64,000 nucleotides of DNA from an uncultured candidatus Porisulfidus sp. (lineage in GTDB: Bacteria; Pseudomonadota; Gammaproteobacteria; Poriferisulfidales; Poriferisulfidaceae), in contig OZ241993.1 of NCBI GenBank assembly GCA_965204575.1, positions 224,001 to 288,000 on the forward strand, given 5' to 3'. The notes under the pieces were generated by a model. That model saw only the letters and a program-made list of their open reading frames with translations, searched no databases and had not been told where the DNA came from. Made by a program: the position numbers and the translations under genes. This document shows, one piece after another, positions 56,964-64,000 of this stretch (position 1 is the first letter of the stretch; each line of letters starts with the position of its first letter).

Positions 56964-57965
56964 ATGTTGTTCCGTCGCCTTCTGTCATTGACCGTGGCAC
57001 TGACATTCCTGGTGGTGGTGATCGGCGCTTTCGTGAGACTGACCGACGCCGGGCTCGGCTGCCCGGACTGGCCGGGATGCTACGGGCACCTGACTTCCCT
57101 GCCGGAAACCGAACAGGAAATCGCGGCCGCACAAGCACAGGACCCACGCGGGACCTACGACGCCGGAAAGGCTTTCCGTGAAATGCTGCACCGATACCTG
57201 GCCGGCGCGCTCGGCCTGCTGATCCTGGTTCTGGCCGCACTGTGCCGAACCCGGCTGGGCAGCGCACGCCTTGCACGCGGCACGATGGCGCTGCTCGCGT
57301 TGGTGGTGCTGCAGGCCCTGCTCGGCATGTGGACCGTCACCCTGCAGTTGAAACCCCTGATCGTCACCCTGCACCTGCTGGGCGGTTTCGCCACCCTGGG
57401 CCTGATCTGGTGGCTGCTGCTGCGCTGCCACGACTGGCCCCGTCCGACGGCTTCGGATCCGCCACGTTCTCTACGCTGCCTGCATGTTGCCGCCTTGGTG
57501 GGACTCATCGTGCAGATCACCCTGGGCGGGTGGACCAGCGCCAACTACGCCGCCCTGGCCTGCCCCGACTTCCCCACCTGCCGGGAACAGTGGTGGCCTT
57601 CCGGCATGGATTTCTCCGAGGCTTTCGTGCTGTGGCGGGGGCTCGGCATCGACTATGAATACGGGGTCCTGGACAGCCCGGCGCGCACCGCCATCCATGT
57701 CGCCCATCGAATCGGCGCCGTCGTGGCCGCCGCCCTGATCCTGGCTTTAGCGGCCGCATCCATCCGAAGCGGGCTCGGTGCATGGCGCACAAGCGGCTGG
57801 GTGCTGATCGCGCTGCTGACCATCCAGGTCTCCCTCGGCATCGGCAACGTCGTCCTGCAGCTTCCCCTGGCCGTCGCCGTCGCGCACAATGCTTTCGCGG
57901 CCATCCTGCTGCTGGCGATTCTCACCCAGGGGCGACTTCTGCTCGATCGCGGAGCCAGCCCGTGA
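56964..57965 (+). CDS. ctaA: Heme A synthase
   Basis: GLGCPDWPGCYG, EMLHR, HLLGG, HR, AHN. Confidence 0.92.
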   Translation: MLFRRLLSLTVALTFLVVVIGAFVRLTDAGLGCPDWPGCYGHLTSLPETEQEIAAAQAQDPRGTYDAGKAFREMLHRYLAGALGLLILVLAALCRTRLGSARLARGTMALLALVVLQALLGMWTVTLQLKPLIVTLHLLGGFATLGLIWWLLLRCHDWPRPTASDPPRSLRCLHVAALVGLIVQITLGGWTSANYAALACPDFPTCREQWWPSGMDFSEAFVLWRGLGIDYEYGVLDSPARTAIHVAHRIGAVVAAALILALAAASIRSGLGAWRTSGWVLIALLTIQVSLGIGNVVLQLPLAVAVAHNAFAAILLLAILTQGRLLLDRGASP

Positions 57966-58846
57966 ACCGGACTTCCTCCTGGCGCGATTACTGGGAGGTC
58001 ACCAAGCCGCGCGTGGTCGCGTTGATGACGTTCACCGCACTGATCGGCATGGTCCTGGCCGATCCCCTGATGCAAGTGCCCATGAAAATGCTGTACGGCG
58101 CGGTCGGCATCACCCTCATGGCGGCCGCGGCCGCGGCCATCAACCAGATCGCCGACCAGCACGTGGATGCCCAGATGGACCGTACGCAGGCCCGGCCCCT
58201 GCCTCGCGGTTCGCTGCGCACGCCTCAAGTACTCGGATTTGCATTCCTGCTCGGCGTGGGCGGGTTCCTGCTGCTGTACTTGCGGGTCAACGGGCTGACG
58301 GCCTGGCTGACGCTCGGCTCCCTGATCGGTTACGCGCTGATCTATACCCTCTACCTCAAGCGCGCGACGCCCCAGAACATCGTCATCGGCGGGGCTGCCG
58401 GCGCCACGCCTCCCCTGCTCGGCTGGGCCGCGGTCACCGGCCATATCGAAGCAGGGGCTCTGGCCCTGTTCCTGATCATCTTCGTGTGGACGCCACCCCA
58501 TTTCTGGGCGCTGGCCCTGCACCGCAAGGAAGACTACGCGAAAGCCGACATCCCGATGCTCCCGGTGACGCACGGCGACCGCTACACCCGGCTGCAGATC
58601 ACGCTGTATACCGTGCTGCTGACCGCAACGAGCATGTTGCCGTTCGTCATCCAGTTGTCCGGCCAGGTGTACCTGGCTGGCGCACTGATCCTGAACGGGG
58701 TTTTCCTGGCCTACGCGATCCGGATGCAGAAAGAGGCCAGCAACCGTCTCGCCATGCCGACCTTCACCTATTCGATTATCTACCTGATGGGACTGTTCAC
58801 ATTGCTGCTCGTGGACCGGTACCTGGGATTGTTCCAAACCACCTGA
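57962..58846 (+). CDS. cyoE: Protoheme IX farnesyltransferase
   Basis: TKPRV, DAQMDRTQARPL, NIVIGG, WTPPHFW. Confidence 0.95.
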   Translation: MNRTSSWRDYWEVTKPRVVALMTFTALIGMVLADPLMQVPMKMLYGAVGITLMAAAAAAINQIADQHVDAQMDRTQARPLPRGSLRTPQVLGFAFLLGVGGFLLLYLRVNGLTAWLTLGSLIGYALIYTLYLKRATPQNIVIGGAAGATPPLLGWAAVTGHIEAGALALFLIIFVWTPPHFWALALHRKEDYAKADIPMLPVTHGDRYTRLQITLYTVLLTATSMLPFVIQLSGQVYLAGALILNGVFLAYAIRMQKEASNRLAMPTFTYSIIYLMGLFTLLLVDRYLGLFQTT

Positions 58847-59151
58847 TGACTGCTTGAAGCGAAGTTTTATTAGTTCCATAATCACTCCTCCGGTCTTGCC
58901 AAATCTCCCGCGGTGCGAGGCCCGGAAATCCGGAGCGGGTTGATCGCCCGAACCTCTCTACAAGCGTGATCACGCTGTAAATCTTCAGTGAGCAGCGTGC
59001 CGCACTCGCAAGTCCGTGCAGCGACAAACACTGCGTGTGTGTTGCATTGCATAGGTTCTGCACAGGTTTGCGTGCGTAAGTTCATAAACATTACTGTGCT
59101 AGAATTTTCGGCACCCAGTTTCTTGCCGAAATCATTCGGAGGAATTCGATA

Positions 59152-62100
59152 GTGTCATGGACGAGCGTGCCTGCCTTTCTAGGCTCACCCCCCCCCCCCC
59201 CTTGTAACCCTTTTATAGCCAGCAGCCATTGGCGCGATGGAAAACTTCCCCCATCCGGTTTTCGGGGAGGAAGTCTCACGCTTTTGCGGCCCGGGGGCGG
59301 GAATGTTGTTGCCGCTTTCGCGCTGGCGGTCGTGGCGCTCGGATTCGGCGGCGAGGTGTGGGCAGATGATGAATGCGGCACTACCGCTACAGTGACCTGC
59401 AGTGGAGACTTTGCAAGCGGCATCAGATACAGAAATCAGAACGAGCTGACTTTAACGGTCGGTGCTACTAGCGGGTCAGACACGATCACGGCGCCATCAA
59501 ATGGCGCTGGCATCCGGGTGGAGTCGGGCAACAGCCACAGCGGGGACCTTTCCGTCACGGTGCGCCCTCAGGCCACGATCGTTCAAAACTCCGCGGGGAA
59601 TGGCAGGGACGGCATTACTGTCTTTCAGCGCGGCACGGGCGGCGCCCGCGTCGAGGTCCACGAAGGCGTGCAGCTGGGCACTGCCGGGACGCGCCTGACG
59701 GACCATGGCATCCTTGTCGGGGGAATGGGCAGCAGCAACGATGCGCAACTGACCATCATCAGCAACGGCAGCATCTTTGTCGATGGAAGGACCGACTCCA
59801 GCCGCCTCGACAGCCGGAACAGGCCCACCCCCCGGTTTGGGGCGGGCATCAATGCGGACCGAAATGGTGCGGGCGGCATTGAAATTATCCACGGAGGAGC
59901 GATCGATTCGCAATGGTACGGGATCCGCAACTGGCACAACGGCGCGGGCGGCACCGTGATTACGAACAGCGGCAGCATCGTGTCCGGGTTCCGGGGGATT
60001 GAAGCCCGCAACGCCGGCACGGGCGATATCAAGATCACCAACACCGGCAGCATCGAGTCCGGGAACTGGGCCATTTTCGCCCGGAAGGACGGCACGGGCG
60101 GCGGCATCGACATCGAGTCGAGCGGGAACATCACGACCACGGAAGCGGGCATTCACGGCATCTATGCGGAGGTGCGCGCGGCGACGGCCGACCCGGTCAC
60201 GGTCACGGTGCAGGACGGCACGATCCAGTCGACGGGATCCGGCGTGGCCGTCAACAGCATCACCGGCCTGGGGGCGGTGACCGTCAGCCTGACCGGGGGG
60301 GCCATCGGCACCAGCAGCAGCCGGGTTGGAGGAAACGGCATCTTCGCCCGGATCGGAAGCGCAGACAACGAGGAGTTGCTGAAGGTCAGCAGCCAGGGAA
60401 CGATCTTTTCCACCGGCACCGGCATCAATGTCTCCCGAAACGGCGCGGGCAATGCCGAGATCGTCCACGAGGGCCAAGTCGATTCGCTGGGCCGGGGCAT
60501 TGAGAACCATCACGGGGGAACCGGCGCGTTGTCCGTCGAGACCCGCCGCGACAGCACGATCTCTTCCTCTCTCGAGGGCATTTACGCCCAGCACACCGGC
60601 ACGGGCGACATCCGGGTGACCCACGCAGGCGAAATCAATTCGAAGGACGGCGGAATCCGCAATGGGATCCACGTCCGGCAGTTCGGCACGGGCGCGGTCG
60701 AGATCACGCACGAAGGCCGCATCAATTCGACGGGCCAGGGCATTTTCGCCCGCCGCGACGGCTCCGCCGCGCAAGGCGGAATCACGATCAACTCGCGGGG
60801 AGACATCACGGCCAGAGGCTGGCGCCGGGCGGGCATCCAGGCGCAGAACTGGGGCCCGAAAGCGAACGGGGACATTACCATCAATCACGAGGGGGGCACC
60901 ATCGAGAGCCATAACGGCATCGTCATCAGCTACTCGCGGTCCGGCAGCTCCACCTCGGCCGTCGAGCCGGCGGCGGACTACGCGCCCGAGGGCACGACCC
61001 CCGACAGGCTGGTCGTCAACCTGACCGGCGGCCAGATCATCGCCCGAAGCGCGGAATACGACCCCAGCATCGACCGGGCCAGCAGTGAGCATCAGGTTGG
61101 CTGGAAGACCAACGCCCTGGTTTCCAGCGGATTCGAAGGCCCGAAAGGCGTCACGGTCGGCACCTTCGACGCCCAGCGGGTCGGCGAGTACATCGCGGCG
61201 GGCGACAGGGACTCGACGGACATCACGGACGAAGTCCGGACGCAGTTCCGGGCGGTGCTGGAAGCGGCGAGACTCTTCGAGGGCAGTCCGGGCAGCGAAC
61301 TTGCATTTGGCAACCTGCTCGACCCCCGCAACCTGGTGAGGTCATCCTTTTCCGACGACCTCCCCGAGGATTTCGCGACCGATGCCGCCCTGGACGCCTA
61401 CCTGGAGGCCAACGACAGGGAACTGCTGTCGCGGTTCCTGGAATACACGCTGTCGTCGAAGGAGGCGGCGGTGATCGAGGCACTGTTCACGGGAGGGGAC
61501 GTGGACGTCGCCCTCGCCGCGCTGCCGGCCAGCTACACGGAGGCGTACAAGAACCGGGTGCGGTGGTTTGCGGAAAGCCACAACGAGGCGGACATCGAGA
61601 TCAATGTGGGAGAGGGCTACCGCATCGTCTCCGGGGGGGACGGAATCCGGGCAGGCCACCGGGCGGTGCATGACAACTCCGGCGCGATCGCCGTGACGGT
61701 GCGCAAAGGCGCCTCCGTGACCGCCGAGCGTTACGGCATCCGGGTCGCGAACGCCGGCCTCGCCGGTCGCGACACGCCGGACCAGGCCGACGACATCCTG
61801 GATCAGACGGTTACGGTGGAGGGCGAGGTGCGAAGCACGGGCGCCGACGGCGTGGGCGTTTACATGGAGGGCGGTGGACGGCTGGTGGTCGGCCCGGCCG
61901 GGCGGATCGTCGCCGCTTCCGGAGTCGCGGTGCAGGCGGTCAAGGATCCGATGCATGAAGACGCCGCCGAGCCCCGGCTGACCGTATCCCTGAATCTCAA
62001 CGGGCGGCAGCTGTCGAACGTCCTGGGGGGCAAGGTCGAGAATCCCGAGGGTACGACCAAGTTCATGATCGATGGAGAGCTGTTGTACGACAGCAGGACC

Positions 62101-63039
62101 GGACAGACCGGACGGGCCGGCGTGGGCGGGGCGTGGGACATAACGGCACGGGGGTTGGATCTCATCGAGATGCCGGCGCCGCGCGGGATGCTGTACGAGA
62201 CGTTGCCGGGGCTGCTGCTGCGCATCGACGGCGGCGCGCCGGCGCCCCGCCCGGACGACCCGGCCTGGGCGCAGGTGGAGGTCGGCACGGGGAAGGGCGA
62301 ACCGAAACGCTCCCGCCTGGGCACGGACTACGATTACGAGCGCATCGAGGCGACGGCGGGCATCAGCCGCGAACTGGGCGAGGACATGGACGGCTCGCTG
62401 TGGCTGCGCCGGGTGCAGGCCGAGGCCGAGGTGGACGCGCAGGCGGGCTCGGGCGAGCTGGACTTGCGCGGCGTGGGCGCCGGGGCGGCGCTGCGCTGGC
62501 GCGGCGCGGACGGCTGGGAGGTGTCCGGGCGGGTGTCCTACACGGACTACGACGTGGACGCCTCGTCGTGGCGCGGGCGCTTGGTGCGGGACGTCGGCGC
62601 GGAGGCGCTGTCGATGGAGCTGGAGGCGGGCTGGCGCGAGGAGCGGGACGGCGGCGTGGTGCTGCGGCCGCGGGCATGGGTGCGGCACTCGCGCGCGGAG
62701 ATGGACGGCTTCACGGACGCGCTGGGAGTGCGGGCGTCGTTTCCGGACGAGTCGCGCACGAGCGGCGGGCTGGGGCTGCGGGTCGAGCGGGCGGAGCCGG
62801 AATTGCTGCTGTACGGCACGGTGGATGTGGAACAGATCATCGGCGGCGACGAGACGGTGGCGGAGGTGTCGGGGGACCGCCTGGAGGCGGAGGCGGAGCG
62901 CACGCAGGTGTGGGCGGGCTTCGGCGGGGAGCGCCGCGGGGGACGGCTGACGCGGCGCGGCGGGCTGCGCCTGGGGGGAGACCTGGACGGACACAACTGG
63001 GAGCTGGCGGCCTCGCTGTCGCTAAGCGGACAGTTCTAG
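59152..63039 (+). CDS. Autotransporter (beta-helix passenger + C-terminal beta-barrel)
   Basis: Extended signal region ending VWA-DD, Gly/Thr-rich repeats (GTGDIKITNTGSI, GTGDIRVTHAGEI, GTGAVEITHEGRI), barrel with LRPRAW and terminal SLSGQF; GGAGGA 8 nt before GTG. Confidence 0.88.
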   Translation: MSWTSVPAFLGSPPPPPCNPFIASSHWRDGKLPPSGFRGGSLTLLRPGGGNVVAAFALAVVALGFGGEVWADDECGTTATVTCSGDFASGIRYRNQNELTLTVGATSGSDTITAPSNGAGIRVESGNSHSGDLSVTVRPQATIVQNSAGNGRDGITVFQRGTGGARVEVHEGVQLGTAGTRLTDHGILVGGMGSSNDAQLTIISNGSIFVDGRTDSSRLDSRNRPTPRFGAGINADRNGAGGIEIIHGGAIDSQWYGIRNWHNGAGGTVITNSGSIVSGFRGIEARNAGTGDIKITNTGSIESGNWAIFARKDGTGGGIDIESSGNITTTEAGIHGIYAEVRAATADPVTVTVQDGTIQSTGSGVAVNSITGLGAVTVSLTGGAIGTSSSRVGGNGIFARIGSADNEELLKVSSQGTIFSTGTGINVSRNGAGNAEIVHEGQVDSLGRGIENHHGGTGALSVETRRDSTISSSLEGIYAQHTGTGDIRVTHAGEINSKDGGIRNGIHVRQFGTGAVEITHEGRINSTGQGIFARRDGSAAQGGITINSRGDITARGWRRAGIQAQNWGPKANGDITINHEGGTIESHNGIVISYSRSGSSTSAVEPAADYAPEGTTPDRLVVNLTGGQIIARSAEYDPSIDRASSEHQVGWKTNALVSSGFEGPKGVTVGTFDAQRVGEYIAAGDRDSTDITDEVRTQFRAVLEAARLFEGSPGSELAFGNLLDPRNLVRSSFSDDLPEDFATDAALDAYLEANDRELLSRFLEYTLSSKEAAVIEALFTGGDVDVALAALPASYTEAYKNRVRWFAESHNEADIEINVGEGYRIVSGGDGIRAGHRAVHDNSGAIAVTVRKGASVTAERYGIRVANAGLAGRDTPDQADDILDQTVTVEGEVRSTGADGVGVYMEGGGRLVVGPAGRIVAASGVAVQAVKDPMHEDAAEPRLTVSLNLNGRQLSNVLGGKVENPEGTTKFMIDGELLYDSRTGQTGRAGVGGAWDITARGLDLIEMPAPRGMLYETLPGLLLRIDGGAPAPRPDDPAWAQVEVGTGKGEPKRSRLGTDYDYERIEATAGISRELGEDMDGSLWLRRVQAEAEVDAQAGSGELDLRGVGAGAALRWRGADGWEVSGRVSYTDYDVDASSWRGRLVRDVGAEALSMELEAGWREERDGGVVLRPRAWVRHSRAEMDGFTDALGVRASFPDESRTSGGLGLRVERAEPELLLYGTVDVEQIIGGDETVAEVSGDRLEAEAERTQVWAGFGGERRGGRLTRRGGLRLGGDLDGHNWELAASLSLSGQF
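59188..59201 (+). repeat. C14 homopolymer in 5' coding region of the autotransporter
   Basis: 14 consecutive C about 36 nt after the start codon. Confidence 0.9.
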
Positions 63040-63073
63040 GCGCAGGGGCGAAATCGCTTCCGGAACCGCCTAG

Positions 63074-63300
63074 GTCACGCTACATACGCTTCTACTGACC
63101 GCGGCGAATATGTCGCCGTTGATCGTCCAGTTGGACATACCTGACAGCCGGGAGGTTGGCTAGGGATTACTGCTCTCTCAAGACGAGGACGGAAAGAGGC
63201 CAGCAACCGACTTGCCATGCCGGCCTTCACCGATTCGATCATCCGCCTGATGGGACTGTTCACGCTGCTGCTTCTGGATCGGTACCTGGGATTGTTCCAA
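63074..63300 (+). pseudogene. Duplicated 3' fragment of cyoE
   Basis: 63192-63300 matches 58729-58837 (about 97/109 by hand count); 63074-63133 encodes VTLHTLLLTAANMSPLIVQL vs cyoE ITLYTVLLTATSMLPFVIQL. Confidence 0.85.
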
Positions 63301-63405
63301 GTGCCCGAAAGACTGGAGTTTTTCGCTCCGGTACAGCTTCTGAATCGACTTGCACGCATTGAGGGAAAAACCCTTCTTGCCTTCCTTTAGACGAGGATAT
63401 TCGCA

Positions 63406-63648
63406 TCAACGAAAGCTGGTACGGTCATGCAGTTCTTCCCGTGTCGGTTTTCGCCCATCCACCCATTTAAATTTTCGCGGTTTCCTTGTTAGTAAATCTC
63501 TCATGGCTATGTCGCATTCATCTTCCTGACGCCTGATTCCCTCCAGCAAGTCTACGAGCCATTTTGAGACGCTGCGACCGTCCTCGGCGGCTCGAATCTT
63601 CAACCATCGGGCGACATCTTCCGGCAGTGTCACGGTGATCTTCTCCAC
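63406..63648 (-). CDS. CopG/RHH antitoxin (VapB-like), toxin missing
   Basis: ITVTLPEDVARWLKIRAAEDGRSVS...TREELHDR. Confidence 0.75.
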   Translation of the reverse strand: MEKITVTLPEDVARWLKIRAAEDGRSVSKWLVDLLEGIRRQEDECDIAMRDLLTRKPRKFKWVDGRKPTREELHDRTSFR

Positions 63649-63755
63649 AATGCTTCTATTATGTGAAGGTGGGAATTTTACGCAAATACGCGCCTCGCCA
63701 GGGTCGAGGCTTTTGAGGGGATGAGTCCCCCTGAATCCCTGAAAACTAAACAGGA

Positions 63756-63784
63756 TTGACGAATCGTAAAAGTGATATTATGAT
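63756..63784 (+). promoter_or_regulatory. sigma70 promoter
   Basis: TTGACG-17 bp-TATGAT, 9 nt before ATG at 63794. Confidence 0.65.
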
Positions 63785-63793
63785 GGCGGCATC

Positions 63794-64000
63794 ATGATGT
63801 TGCGCACACAAATATCACTTGACTCGGAAATGCATGCTCAAGTGCGCAGGCGCGCAGCAGCGCTCGGGGTTTCGTTTGCCGCGTACATGCGCCAACTGGT
63901 AGAGCAGGACCTGGCCGAGACGCCCCGAAATATTGACCGCTCTATCATCTTCGACCTCGGCACGTCGGAAACATCAGATATCGCGGCCCATAAGGATGAA
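63794..64000 (+). CDS. CopG/RHH antitoxin-like protein (runs off window)
   Basis: MMLRTQISLDSEMHAQVRRRAAALGVSFAAYMRQLVEQDL. Confidence 0.7.
   Translation, partial: MMLRTQISLDSEMHAQVRRRAAALGVSFAAYMRQLVEQDLAETPRNIDRSIIFDLGTSETSDIAAHKDE

Noticed and set aside
1-64000. tRNA, rRNA or CRISPR arrays
   Set aside because: None recognised by eye; a tRNAscan/Infernal run would be needed to exclude them formally

Overview
GC-rich gammaproteobacterial chromosome segment, probably from a sulfur oxidiser (it has an Alvin_2107-like gene). Core genes: bamD, nadE, pilD-coaE-zapD, rpoZ-spoT-ridA-recG, trxA-rho, rnr-rlmB-purD, a fadE-fadI-fadJ-fadD beta-oxidation operon, cysS, hisI, an aas fusion and a complete aa3-type cytochrome c oxidase cluster. 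These are interrupted by small accessory patches: toxin-antitoxin genes, an ISL3 element, Zn transport genes, and an autotransporter with a C14 tract bracketed by a duplicated cyoE 3' end. The main observation is three tnpB genes from two lineages, all with intact RuvC motifs. They do not sit in normal IS200/IS605 or IS607 elements. Each is the only gene in a 1.27-1.42 kb unit bounded by terminal inverted repeats and an 8-bp target-site duplication, the signature of DDE (IS1595-like) transposition. In all three the tnpB stop codon lies 5 bp inside the right end, and the predicted omega-RNA 3' stem pairs with the TIR. This resembles a bacterial, Fanzor-like capture of TnpB by non-autonomous TIR elements. 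All family calls come from motif recognition by eye; no searches were run.
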